From Phoronis australis (taxonomy: Eukaryota; Animalia; Phoronida), in contig NMRA01000002.1 of the NCBI GenBank assembly GCA_002633005.1, forward strand, positions 2,386,505 to 2,450,504: a stretch of 64,000 bases of DNA, read 5' to 3'. A program made the translations under genes and the position numbers. The notes below the pieces were generated by a model. It was not told where the DNA came from, made no database searches, and worked only from the letters and a program-made list of their open reading frames with translations. Shown here one piece after another: positions 27,801-42,500 of this stretch (within the stretch, counting starts at the first letter, position 1; each line of letters starts with the position of its first letter).

Positions 27801-30800
27801 TATTTCTTTAGCTTAATTAAAACGGCTTTGAGAAGTGCTCCAAAACCTATACCAATACCGAATGGTGGCGTGCGTGAAAGTGCTTGTGATCCCTCGCTTG
27901 ACGTCAATATCACTTCCTAGCATCATGTTCTCAATCAGTTTTCTTATTATTAGTTTATTATATGTAAAGTGACCAAACGTTTTGTTGAAAAAACAAAACC
28001 GTTATTTCTTTTACCCGAGTGCCTCAATCGGCTGCTTTGATTGATAGCTAATTGTTAGAATCTGGCCAGTAACAATCCCCTCCGGAGTAACTTAATGGCT
28101 TTGGGGATGCAAGGCCCTGCCATCATCAAGCACTAATTAAGCGAACTCATTACAAGAAAATCACCTCCATTTGGGAAGATCAACTATTAATCAACCGCCG
28201 TTCTCTGATGATAATCTTGTAGCGGAATTCAATTTTAAATGGGATTACTGATTCGCCATTACTAATTATTTAAAAATAATTCTACATGAAGCAAATGGCT
28301 TTCCTGTCATGACTTAGGCAGGAATTACGCTTCAAATTAGCAATATTTCCATTTCATTTATTTCGAGATCTTCGGATTTGCTGTAAAGTGAATTTTGATT
28401 AGTTCGGACGAGACACGATCTTCGGTCGACGTTTTCATTTTTCAAATGCACGGCGAATTGTCAGTATTAGGGTAATCCCGAAAAATTAACTCACCCTAGA
28501 ATGTCATCATTTTTCGTTAACATGCAGGAAAATTGAGTTAAGAAACACCATGAACGGCTGTCGTTCACGTACGCAAATACAGTACAGTCCTCAAAGAAAC
28601 CAATAGGAATCTTGGTACTTTAAGGGTTCGTTGCAAGCTCTATTTCGTATGTTTATTGAAACCTTTATTATAGTTATCGCTAATTCCACAATCACGGCCG
28701 TGGCCGTACATTTAAAAGACGCTTCCTTACCACAAGTCAGCCTGAAGATAAAAACCATGTATGGAAATAAGCTGATTACAAATTAGCCCCAAAAGTTTCC
28801 TTATCGAGATAACAATAAATTTCTAACGTGGTAGGTGGTTTAGGGATCACATGCAATTGAAACGAAGCAGTCAAATGGTGGCTTTGCGACTCTCCTAACG
28901 GTTTATGGAAGTCCAGAAAAATCTGCCTGCGGAAAGAAATTATTTTCCATTATATTATAAAAACATGAGAGACATATTTCTCGCGGTTAAGTTACTTGGT
29001 CGTTACTTTCTTCCCGGAAAGGCCATAAGGTGACATCCTACGATCGTAAAAAATTATGAGAGAGAAAGGCCCAATTAGGTCAAGCCAAAATGCGGGCAAA
29101 CTTCAGACAGGGATAAATCTTCCCGTTGAAACAATCTTGCATATTTTGATAAGGGCTAGAACGACCGCCGTGCTTAAATTCTAAAATGCGCTCTAACGAC
29201 TCATTCTAAATACCGGGTGTATAGTTCACGATGCCAATACCTCTAAATAGCCGCCATAATAGGCACGCCTTCTCTTTCCTGTGTCCTAAATAACATCGCC
29301 GCGCGCGCGTGTCTAACGTTGTTTACTTTGCGCCACTTCCCCTCTCACTCACAAGTAACACGTGGCATGAAATCTCGACTAACCGTACTTGACGTATAAC
29401 CGTTTAAGATCGATATACTGCATTAACAAAATGTGCAAATATGCTTTGAAATAAAAACTGATAGATATCGAACGATGTCTATTTCATTAATTCAATTTCA
29501 CGCATGATTGAATGGGCAACTTTTAATTACTGTGGATGCGCAGTGACAGGGTAATTAATACCGAAACAGAATAACAAATAGACTGCTTTCACTGAAAGGA
29601 CACCCAAATGAATAAATTGTCTCTTTATCTTTCGATCTCACGTTAACCACTATAAACTCAGTTGTTTGTTGCACATTAGGTATATGTTTATCTAGCTTTG
29701 TTTCGGATTCCTTGACTCGACAACGTCAGGAGAAACGGTAAATAAAATAGAGTAGGGTTTCTGACCACGGGTTTTGTAATTGATTTCTTCACAACAATAA
29801 ACCAATTCTGAGTAGTATGAACATTAATTCAAAATAATGTTTATAGTTTTGGTGGCCACAATCCTGTTGTACTTTACACACAAACCACTCATAAGTCAGA
29901 AGTTTCGATTTTATATACTCTGTTTATTTTTATCACCAGTTTAGAACACAATAATTCCATCAATGGGGGGACTCCAGTGATATAAAAACATCTATGAAAT
30001 TTCAGTCCTACATTGGCAATTCATGAAACGTGAAGCTGAACTTTTGCCGTTCACTTTATGACAAACATGTTGTTGGTGCAACATCCTGGAACCAATAAAT
30101 CATGTTTACTTAAAAATGTCATACTAAAATTTGAATGTTGAAAACACGGGATGAAATGTTGAAATAGCATAATTTGCCGATTAAGTTTAAAGTAGATTGT
30201 TTTGCTGCCAAATTCATTTCATAGAATTTTTGTCTGAACAGAAGCGAGGGTTAATTTGACTAAGCTTCAGCCACTCACGAAATTACGGTAAACAACAGAA
30301 TACATCCGCCATTCATCCCAACAGGGAATTCTCGGAATATTCTTTCCGGAGTTATCGAGCTCAAAGTGAACACCGTTATTCCGCGAATTGTTAGCACACT
30401 GTTAACGACACTGTCTCCATCGTCCGCATGTTTTGATAGAATCAAGTTACGCGACGTCTATTTCGCGAAGATCTAGATAGCTCCAATTTATTGCACAGTC
30501 AAAACACATTAATTTTATAGCAACACAAAGCCTCACTGGTCGAGGACTACCGAATGTCTCAACAAAGTTCACAACTCATTACTCGAATACTTCTGTTAAG
30601 TTCTAGTACTTATTTTCCATCAAATAATTCTGAACCATGTGTACAATTTATATTTGCAGTCATGTAAGCCACACGACTGGACAATCCATTGATGTTGTTT
30701 TTTGTTATCACTGAATCCTAAGTTATATTTCATATACACATACACGCCTGAATACCTTTGCTCAGGTTGACTCGATTTTGAGCCTCACAACACTGAGCCT

Positions 30801-33225
30801 TAAGGCGTGACAAAGAACACGCTGAGACTGGCTGCGCAGTGGGCATGTCGTGTATGTACGTGTTCATTCGTTCTTTTTTGAACCTTTCTGTCGATGTTTC
30901 CAACCAAGACGGGCTGGCCATTGAACGGACTGAGCCTCGCTTCCGTAAACACAAAAATATGGCGAAGGAAGCTGGAGTCATCAGGTGCTTCGCCGTTTTC
31001 GCTAGGTTCTCGCCTCTGTGGGACGCACGGAGGTTTTCAAATTTGCTATACGAAAGCAGGAGATTCTATTCGCTCCAAGTGACCATTATCGGTGACAATG
31101 TTGTGCATTTGGGATCACCCATTGAGACGAATTCGAGACACCAATCACCAGCTAACACGCAATGAGTAGTTGAGTATTTTACTAACGTACAGTCGCACTA
31201 AACTGATCGGGTCACCGGTTCGATTTCATTTAGTGCTCTGGAATAAAACTACAAAAACGACATATCTTGCCTTTTTATGGCTCTGGTCATAACTAACTCC
31301 CTGAAATGTGTATTATATATTCCAAAAATGCGTTTTTGGCCTTGCAAGCGATGATGTAATTTTGAATATTACTCAGCAAGGCGACCATTCCTCCCAGGCG
31401 TATGTCAAGAATCGCAAAAATGTCAGGCATCAGATTCAAAAGCAGACGAAGCCACAACAAAATAAAACATCAGAACTCAGTGATTTAGTTGTCTAAAGGT
31501 TAAATTGGGGATGGATGAAAGTACCTCAAATAATGCAGAAATTTGTTCGGCGAACATCGATTGTCCAGCTCAGCTAATCAGCTAATCCGTTAGTTCAAAA
31601 CATTGAAACCGTGGAGTGATCCCAGTTAGTCACTGGATGTAACAATTGCTTTATTCTTTCATCGAACTATCTCACCCCCGCCGTACAGGATATAATTTAA
31701 TGAAACAAATATATCACAAACCGAATTATTATATGAAATAGAAATCCATAAAACAAATTAAATGTTCGTAAAATTGGCTATTTCCGTACAGTTTCTAAAA
31801 ACTATGTGTCCATATAATTAAACAATTATACTTCTCTCCCACCGAATACGTTTCATACAATCGTTTGTAAGTGACTCTAAAGCAATATTGTAAGTCATTA
31901 TAACACAACAATGCCGTTAGATTAGCCGTTTCACGTACGTGAGACAAAGTGTTTAAACAACAAAATTGTTTCCCCGCGAAGAATTAAAAAAACATAAACT
32001 CTCGGTTGGCAATATCCGACTAATTTGTATCAATCGATTGCCTCGAAAACATTTCGACCTTAAGAAAAAAACGAGTGTGCTAACAAAATAGTGTAATAGC
32101 TTGATACCATAACGTAATTATAGGGCTAGTGTCTTCGAATTGATTTGTAGCCTTAGTGTATATTTACTTGCGACTTTGATATGTATTTATTAGTGAGAAT
32201 CTATCGATTTGACTTTACGTCTCTCAAACATTGACTAACAACGCAATGATGTGCAGTCAGTCAAAAGTTCGAAAATGTGTTTTAGTGTGGTAAAATGGGG
32301 TGTGTAAATTAACTCGTGTAAGAAACGAATTTTCCACAAATGGAAAAAGGAAAGAATGTAGAAATAACAAATATTTGCTCAGAAAGAACACGATATCTCT
32401 TTTAATTATGTGCATAGCATGCAACGTAATTAAATAAATATAACATTACGTGACAAATAAGAGACAAGACGGATTAGCATTTTTTGTACACTGCCTCTCT
32501 TACTACCATTCGACCCTGTGGAAGTTGGAAATGATGCCTGTAAGTATCTATGGGTATAAAATGTTCACAAACGCCCACGGGCATTGTGGATTTATTCGAA
32601 AAATCCATTTTAAAACCAATATATTTGGCAACAATATCGTCAGTTTTCTTCGTATGTCATGCTATAAAATCCTTCAATAACAGTTGGGTCATCTCAACTA
32701 ATGTCGACTCACGATTGTCAACTTTCAATTGCTTTTCTCAGTCGAGCAGCAAACTTCCCGGTGCACCTTGTCGCGCGGGATTCAAAAGCGCTGGGGTAAA
32801 TAATTTGGTAGTCTTCCTTCAGACTCGCCGACTTCACCAAGTTGTATAACGTCTTTCAAAGTGCCTTTCAACCGTTTACAGGTTATGTTTTCAAGTCAAA
32901 ATACCAGACATGTTCACAAAACACAACTAACAATTACTTGTCTATTTAATTGAATTAAACTCGACACGAACAGATAATTTAAACCCTTCCCACGAATTTG
33001 CGGTTGAATTACTCGCAAACATATGATCTGTCTATTTGGATTGACAGCTTGAAATATGTTTTTATTCGTAATTTATTTCAACAATTTAACTCGGCACCAG
33101 AACTTTGTTAAATTTACGACTGGCCTTCACTCAGTTGTGTCCCTTAAAGAGACGTATGCTCAGTGTCATCAACAAACACGAAATCGTCATTACCGAGCTA
33201 CCAACAGTTGCTACCCTATCTCAAG

Positions 33226-33926
33226 TTACGTGAACGTGCATACACATGTTCGTCTGCATCAAGAGAGATGCAAGTTCAATTATTACAAAACGTTGGGCTT
33301 TTGGAAAATCACTGAGAACCATTTTCCATATCGTTTACGATACAAATATGAAATAAAACTGAATATTATATATTATTATTTGTACTCCGGCTATATACTT
33401 TCACTATTTGAATGATACGAAACGACTTCGACATTCTCTAATTAACGTCAATAGAAACACAGCGAACTACAGCGAACGCGTAGATGGTCCGACGTTGCTG
33501 TAATTTATTGTTCAAAAAATCGGTTTGCGTATAATCGATAGAATAGGTGGAATTCGGAGTTAAGGGATAAATTTCNTTACGTGAACGTGCATACACATGT
33601 TCGTCTGCATCAAGAGAGATGCAAGTTCAATTATTACAAAACGTTGGGCTTTTGGAAAATCACTGAGAACCATTTTCCATATCGTTTACGATACAAATAT
33701 GAAATAAAACTGAATATTATATATTATTATTTGTACTCCGGCTATATACTTTCACTATTTGAATGATACGAAACGACTTCGACATTCTCTAAATAACGTC
33801 AATAGAAACACAGCGAACTACAGCGAACGCGTAGATGGTCCGACGTTGCTGTAATTTATTGTTCAAAAAATCGGTTTGCGTATAATCGATAGAATAGGTG
33901 GAATTCGGAGTTAAGGGATAAATTTC
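33226..33926. repeat. 350-bp direct duplication flanking a single N (probable assembly artefact)
   Basis: 33226-33575 and 33577-33926 differ by one substitution that I could see (CTAATTAAC vs CTAAATAAC) and are joined at N 33576. Confidence 0.85.
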
Positions 33927-36614
33927 ATTGGCGAATTCTTTTTTTGAAAATTTACCTTTTACAAATAACGTCACATCGCTGAACAAAAACGTTATTATAC
34001 AAGCATATCACGTGCGATTAAAATCAACTTCGAATTTATTTTAAAACGGCCACCATGTACACAAGGGTACATGTATTGAAATAATAAGGCGGGTAAACTG
34101 AACCTGGAAACATACTACATTCAAATTTTGAAATGATATTAAAATTACCGGGGAATGTGAGGCTATTAAATTACAAATGATCAGGTTTGGAAATCAATCT
34201 GCTTGTTCAGTTCATAATTCATTGTGTTCCTCTCCAACAAATTTAAGTGAGGCTAACAAAGGCAGGCCGGTAGTAACAGAACGTTCGACACCGTAATTAT
34301 CTTTGAAGCGGTTCGTAACTTGTAACGACATCTGCTCAGACCAACTGAATAATAATACGATACCATGTCATTACCGAGACTGCCGCTGCTAAAGAAGTTA
34401 ATAGAAATAGCCCGCTTTTTCACAAGGCTAGTTAAAGTATTCTTTCCAAATATTAAGTCACTTCAAACAACGTGTGTAAGAATATTTTGTTATTCTTCAT
34501 CGGGTCGTTTATTTTTACCTACTTGCATACGATAATGTGTTAACACAAAGACCTACTTTGTCACTCTGCCTTCTTGAACAGAATTTCTGTGTCAAAATCA
34601 AATTCATTGATGCGAAAACATAAACTGGTTCGTTCACCACATTTTAACACAAGCTGCGATAAACAACGGGAAACAATGGGTTTCATTAATGAATTTCTTC
34701 TAAAATGTACACCACCAAACTGGGGACGTTGTCAACGTGAAATTGCCGCACATATACCTTGGATGACCCAAACGTAAAATAATAAGTTTAATGGAAAAGA
34801 TAATCTTAGCGGTATACGCACCTGTCCAGTGGCACAATTCAAAGATAAGATGTTTTATTTTAACTAAAAAGTATACAGGACCGTAAAAGAAGAACTATAA
34901 ACACTTCGTCCTGCCTTCAGTTTTCATACCACAGAGGTTTTCGCACGAAACTTAATTACTGGCAGTGATTGCACGCTCAAACTAATATGTATCGTAATAA
35001 CATCAATTTATTAGATACAACTAATTATAGTTAATTATGGACGAATAAATAAGATTAGACGTTAATTAATGGTCTATCCAGTTCGTTATTCATCGCTTAA
35101 AGCTCGCGAATTCAGTTAAGGCTGAACTAGACAGGCGAAAAGATCAGAATGAGAGATTGCGCATACTGTTTGTACTGAATTTTACACTGCTGCCGGCTCT
35201 GAAGACGTTTATGAAAATCTCAGAGTAACTTCAATTCTCGTGCCTGTGAAGAAACGTATCTCAGAAGTAGTTCAGGCATCGCTTGGTGTTTCAACTTTTT
35301 AATGTGTAAAAGTTATTAAAACTCGCATGCGTTGAACAAAAAAAAACTCCAGCCCACAAAAAACGTACTAGCTTGACGTCAACATAAATACAGGTATCAC
35401 TTACGGATTGTGATTATTTTTATGAAACTAAAAGTTAAAACAGGCCCGAAAATGGCGTGGTTCGTAGTCAACAAGCTCCATCATACACCAAACAATGGAA
35501 GGTGATTGAATCCTACGTTTTGTAGAGCAAATGTCACTCGAGTGGTTTTATTATTTAATAATAGGTATAATGTCAAGACGATTGCTGCTAAATAAACGTG
35601 GCAAAATGCATAAAAAGGTAAATTCTTTGTCACCGGATCGTGCACGATTAAACTGAACTGAATACTCCAACTTGTGCTAAACGTATAATTAGCCGGAAAG
35701 TAAAAAAGGCAAGAATCAAATAAACACCGTTAATCATCTTTATTAATTCTAAACACTGCTCATCATTAAAATGCACAGTAGTTGGCAGTAGGAGCAAGAA
35801 CTAGTGCTGTTCAAAATGCCGTCAGAGTTGTATTTTATTGCAGTTTTATGCTCGTATCCCGTAGAAAGTGACAAAAGATAACATCAATAGTCACTGTTAA
35901 TTATCCAATTCATTCCAAACTAGAAACACGTGCTAATGAGTTATAAGTTTTTAAATCTTTATAGACTGCTTAACTGTCTAATAATAACGTAACAACATAA
36001 CAAGGCTAGCAGTGATTGTTCATTGACCAAGTCGCCTGTTGAAATGGTGTTAAAGACATATTGTTTATAATCATATATCACGACTAATGCTATTTAGTTT
36101 ATTCATGGTCGACGAACGCATAGTACGCGGGAGTGATAATCACTGTTAATTTTGCCACGTTATTAAACATTGATCAATTTGTGACTGGCAATCGAACGCG
36201 CTCACGTGTGAGGGGAAAATAGCTGTTCCATTTCGAAAAGGGGCAAGGGGCCAAGAAAGATTAAAATCAGATGCTACCAAAGAATTTAATATTTGTCGCC
36301 CCGAAAAACTTGAAATAAGACTCTTCGGACAAATTTTAAAATGAGAACTTTGACTCAAAGATATTGACAGCTACTTTGCAAAGCTATAGAGCACTAATTA
36401 TTTTGTCCAACTGTCATTATCACCCACTGAAATTCTGTTTAGTGCACTTCCACATACTGTAAATTCCCCAAAATGTGAAATATAGAAGTATCTTTTACAG
36501 TGCACTGAGCTACTCAGTTTCTTCATTTACGCGTAACTTTACAATTTTGACAAATTAACTCGAATGCTTGGAGGAGCTCCGTAGACCCAGGACGGTGCTC
36601 ACGAAGCACTTATG

Positions 36615-36770
36615 CAGTGGCGGATTTAGTGGGGGCCAATTGGGCCATGGCCCCCCTTAAAATTCTCCCAGATTTCATTTGGCAGTTCGAGGATGCGAAT
36701 GTCTGACGGGCAAAATCCTGGCTAATACTCGGCCCTGGCCCTCCTAACTAAAAATCCTGGATCCGCCCCG
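36615..36770. mobile_element. Short MITE with GGCGGAT-type termini
   Basis: CAGTGGCGGATTTAG at the left end and CTGGATCCGCCCCG at the right, with GC-rich subterminal GGCCC motifs. Confidence 0.6.
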
Positions 36771-39584
36771 TATACATGTATGCGACAAGAAATCCTCTTA
36801 CGGAGCGGATGCAGTGTTTTATCCCATAATGCAACATAACAACCTCACTGTCCAAGAACTTCCGTGATAACCATTGCGTACACTCGTCAAGCACAGGCCT
36901 TTCGCTCGCGTGATTTGGCGTAGCTTTGAGTGATCTTGCGTTTTCGCAAGTCTTCCGTCTGCGCACCGGGTGAACAAAACATTGTCTTATAGGTGCATAA
37001 ACGTCTTGATCGATAGTTGGGAACGATATCGTATTTAAAACATGACGAAAAACATACTACTGATCCCAGACGATGCATTTATATTATGGTTTGCATCAGT
37101 CAAATTTTCGCTAAAAGCTGTAGTCCTCACCGTCAAAAATATTTTTGAGCTGCAAGCTGCACTGATTTTTACGTAATATCTTATTCATCCAGCTCAGTGA
37201 GATAAATTTTCCAAAATCGGCCAGACGCAAACGAAAAATATGAATATCTGACGCCGAAGAAGAGAACATTCAATATTCTCAACAGCAAACTGTTCACTCG
37301 TATACCAATCACATTGACGCCACGGGCGTGAGATAATACAACAATTGGTTTTGAGGAAAATGGCACAACGACGCTGTTAATGCTGATGGTATATATTTAT
37401 GCTCTAGTCTGATGCCTTTCGGTATCAAAATTCCCTATCAGTCGCTTTGTCTGGTTGGCTTTCAACTAGAGACAATTTTGTCAATTTTTTTCGATTTGTT
37501 CCTGTTTTCTTAATGCTAATCTACCAGTTTGATGTTTTGCGTATATAATATAAAATTCAGAAAAAATACATTTCTGTATTCTTGAAGCTTATCTCAGACA
37601 GGCTGAGAGTTTTAGAAACTTAATTATTTTATCAAATAAAACATTTTGATTAGTAATGGGTTCTCAATGTCGTATGATGGATGTATAGTATAAGAACACA
37701 GGAGCAGTTTTGAATGGATGTTAGGCATTTGTTCTCTGTCTATGTTTGACCACCATCCATTTCGTGGAAGCGGTGGAACGCAGCCGTGGTGAATCACTAT
37801 GGATAGAAAAAATCCAGGCCAAGCAACCCATTTACGTTTCATTTCAGAGTTTTTTTAGCAAAGACAAATTCCTGACAACCTAATTGAAAAACGTCTCAAT
37901 GCCTAATTGATAGATACGATCACATGAATTCCTCAGAACTGCGTAGAATAGGCGATGTCTTCGGTTTATCATACTAAAAATCTTCAAGTAGAACAAGTAA
38001 AGATTCAGTGCATACGAAAGAACTGTTCAATCACTATAGTATTCAACAGTCACGTTTGCTTGCTCTTGCGTGTAAAACTATGCGTTGAACAGCATTGAAA
38101 TTACATGGTTGTAGCGCGAAAATATGATTACATCTGTCGCGGTGATACTTCTGGGAATCATTAGCTGCACGACAATAAATCTCGTCATATTTTCAAGTAA
38201 ACTCGATGTTTGAAACTAATTCGATTAGTCCCAGAAGAGTTTGAATCTTAGAACTTTAAATTTGTGAGGCGATCCTGATTTTCCTTGTCTCGAGAGAAAT
38301 ACAATGCAGTGATTGTATTATGATTAGTTATTTTGTAGAACATGTAATTCATTTAGAAAAGCCTATTATTTAAACTGACCTAGGATGGCAACCTTCAAGG
38401 ATGACAACCTTGTGAGCATAAATAAAGGAGTGCATGCATTAGTCACTCGTTCATGTAACTCATAACCAATTGGTTCGTGAATAGAAGAACTAACATATAT
38501 ACGTGGCGACCGTTTTTTCCGTAACTGCGGTATACAGCATTCGAAATTCAACTGTAATATTCTCATTGTTATGGCGTGTGTACGGGAATACATTGCAAAG
38601 GAAACACTTATGTTACATTATGTACCGCGTCGATGTGTAGGAGTGAAAGGCTTGTAAAATATCCCCAATTGTACCCAGCACGGTTTTCCAGTGTACGGTT
38701 AACTAAAAAACATAGGTTTATGAAAAGTTATATCAGTTTTGAAAAAATATACAGCTGGAATTCCGTAAGACACCGACTAAAACTATCCTCAGTGAGTTAT
38801 ATAACGAGCTAATTAAACTTGCAGGCTAATTTTAATGAATCAAGTAGTAACCATTCCGGTGTAAAAGTAAACTTGAACGTGTTCTGTATGGTTGTCTGAA
38901 GAGAACGTCAAATTTGAACGGAAAACTCAAGGGATCTTCCGTTTATTTGTTTTCATACCAAGCTTACATTTCCCTGTAATTACTTGTTAACATTTTAATA
39001 CCGCGTAGCCTAATTCTATTAAGGCTTTAACAAAAGTCATTTATAGGCAAATAGCGGATCAATAAACCCCCTTGGGACAGCTCGACTTCAGATGTTGCTA
39101 GCGAAACAATTGAGCTGCAAATTGGCACTCACAGAGCGAGTGAAGAGGAGAGATGATGGGCTTCTTCATGACTTAATGTGTCTCTAATTCAATATTAGTC
39201 ACTAAACGTTGTATTTTATGTACTTAAACAAGATCTGCTTTTCTCACGATAATTTTCAAATGCGCACCCCGACTTTTTTGGTGCTTGACGGGCGACAGTC
39301 AAACTGTCACGAATACTTCAAAACAATTAGTATTGTCTGCGTATTAATTACGATTGAACTAATCTGTGCGTTAACGTAAACCTTAACTGGAGTACGTTCT
39401 GCATATCTAGCATTGATTCATGACAAATGTGTATTCTAATGTTTTCTTATGTCTGAAAAATTCGCGCATAAATTTCTAATTAAAACATAGGAATTTCGAT
39501 ACAAATTAATTATATTTAAACAAGACAGTCAACGTATACACATTTTTTTCAGATAAGTCGCAGATTAAAATGAGAGTCCCCATG

Positions 39585-42500
39585 TTAGCAAGTATGTTTA
39601 CTTTCAGGTATATTTTCGATTATTAAAGCCTGGTTGTCTTTTGAATTTTCTTTAAAAGAGTCTGTACTGACTGGCCGATCTCGAAATTCAACTCTCGAAC
39701 TGTCACCTTCAGTGCTTTCATAAACTTCCTTCGAAATTCTATTTTCACATTGCTCAATAACGAAGCCCATTGGTTGGGTGACAGGATAAAGCGGCCCCAT
39801 GCCTACGGCTAGATTCGATTTGCAGGCCTGCACTCTTGGGTATTTGGAGTTAGGACGGCGGCCGCGAGGGACTTTCGTACTCTCCAGAAGACTGTCAATG
39901 CTAAAAGAACTCTTTTTGGTGGATGCTTCGACTAATAATTTATCGTCCACGGGCTTTGTTTCCAAACGGAATAAGTCTTCGCTTCCTTCCGCCGACTTAT
40001 CAACTTTCACAATGTTATCATTAACTAAAGAAGATTGTGAACTCTGTTCAAGAGAGTGAAATTTTCCTTCTCTTCTTCGCTTTTCTTCAAGTTTTCTTTG
40101 TCTTTCCTCTTGCTTTTTTAACTTTTTTACCTCTCGCTCCTTTTCGCGTCGCTCCAACTCCTCCGGCGAAATTGGCTCTCCACTGCACGTCTGGGGATGC
40201 GCATTGTGCGCTGGACGCCCTGGGCCTTTCTTTGTATTCTCCTTCTTTCGCCACTTGGCCCGTCTGTTTTGGAACCAAACCTGCAACAGGAAAATGAGGA
40301 ATGCAATAGAAAGTAGAATAACGAGGGGTTTCAAATGCAACAAAAACGCGACAGCATTTAGAAATGCGTGTCTAGACTTTATTTGAAAATAACTATAAAC
40401 TCAGACTAGTGAGAAATCTATATTATAACGCAATAATATGCAAACGTGAGACCACAGGTTTACCATAATCAGACAATATAGCTTATTCAGAGGCAAATTA
40501 CAAGCAGAGACAAGCAGCGTATTCGGCGCTTTTTTCTTTTTTGAAGCTGAATGGTAAAAATCGTTAGTGTTTACTTTGCGATTTATGAGGAATAAAGGTG
40601 TCGTGTAGTTGAATTGGTAAACCTAATTAAAACCAAACTATTGTTAGGCAACAATAGACAGATGTAATGATTTACTTATAATTACCCCTAATCGATAAAG
40701 TCTTTTAAAGTATTAATTTCTTAAGAAAATATGAGTAGAGTTTACATTTCAAAGTGTGTTTATAGTAGTTGTAGCTATGCAATTTAATCCGTTAAGTCTT
40801 TTCAATTGAATGTTGTGTCTATGAATGCAATTGCACACATAATATGAATTAAAGCCGGTTGTCGCTATCGATCTACGGAGGTTGATAGAAAACTATTGTT
40901 ACTGTTCTGTTAAAGACGGGTTAACGACTTAAGAGCCGTGAAATGGGAGACTTGTGGGCAAACGGAATGACTCAACAATGAAACAAACTAAAGCAAACAA
41001 AAATATCAACCCATTTCTAACAAAATCAAATTAGACAATAAACTGGTTGGTCACTTAAAACCACCGCAATTGATTTTTATTGTTTTTTAAATTGATTAAA
41101 AGGTAGTTCACCCAATGAATTTTTTATGACCCCTCAGAACCCAAAGAACGGTAAATATTTACATCTACTTGTCTCCACACCTTTTCGTTATGTTAGTTAA
41201 TGTTTGTAATCCATTTATAGAAGAAAGTGTTGTGGAACAAGCTGAAAGGTGGCAGTGATATTGTTTCGTTTGCTATAAAGGTGTCGGACAGAGTATCGGG
41301 TGTATTTGAACACTGTTTAACCCGGGGCCGGTGTCAATATACATCTACAATGAAACTTCAAGCAAAACCGAAATATGTACACCGGCATGATAGGATATAC
41401 ACAGAAGATTTGTTGACACAGATACAGAAGAGTGGTTCAGTTTACTATGGTAATTGGATAAATGAATTTGATTGCTCGTGTGAAGTTGTTTTTTTAGCTG
41501 CCCTTTGACAAGCTCGTCTCGAACAATAGTGCCAAAAATACTATACTTATACGGCAGCTGATTTTTTCCCAGAACTTTAACATTTTCAAATGAATTTATC
41601 ATTACAAAGTAGTCGTTCAGTATTTTAAACCATTCAATTACAAAAAATCTAGCAATATTATACCAGTACTAGACATGCGGGCATCCAGTCAATAAATTGG
41701 GGGGCTCGATTTTTTATTCACGGGGTACGTTTAGAGCTGTGAATTGTGTATTCGCTGAATTGTGGTAGTTTTTGCCTTTTTAGTGGACATTTGTCTCATT
41801 TTCTACATATTTTCGGAGTTTTTGTTTCTGTGAGGCGACCTTTTTGCCCCCCCCCCCACCCTGGGTGTAAGCAAGTTAGAGAGACAGACAAACGTCGGCT
41901 TCATGGAGATCCAAAGCTTGCCGTAACTTATTACTTTCATATTTTTTCATTTTGGCCGTCGTAATTTTTATGATTTGTCATAATAACCAATGCTGTTTGC
42001 GGCAAAATATGGACTTGGCTTTCACTGTCACTTGTCTGTGGCCAAACATTAGTTGCGGCATTCGCACTACAAAAACACAAACATCTATGTAATGCATTCG
42101 TAGCTTCATCACCGTCAGCTCTTGAAAAGCTGGCTGTTCCAGCGCGTGCCATGATAAACTTTAGAAATTCCACGGCAAACAAAACAGCCAATAACACACA
42201 AAGCAGGCTTTCTCATTTACTTGAAATAAGCCGAGAGCTTAGTATCGCTACCTGCTCCATTTCAACGGTAATAGACCAACAAAGAAACAATTAATTGGCA
42301 TTACGTAATTACCCGTCGAGTACTCTATTCAAAGCAAATAAGGCGGATGTTGCCGCTGCTGTCCTCCATTTTGGTTTGTATCCCAATTACTGACTAAATA
42401 TTTTAACAAACTGCGTTCAAATAACCCAGGTTTGAGTAACAATTTATGAAACAATAGAGCTTATGAATGTGTCCCGTTTTTCAATTACAGGTAAGATTGA

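Noticed and set aside
30730-31240. 108-aa ORF and a small hairpin with a GGTTCGATT B-box-like word
   Set aside because: No tRNA cloverleaf can be formed, and the ORF has no motif or exon boundaries.
33056-33926. Duplicated 61-aa ORF or recent tandem gene duplication
   Set aside because: Near-identical 350-bp copies joined exactly at a single N are typical of an unmerged contig or haplotype overlap. The ORF has no recognisable features.
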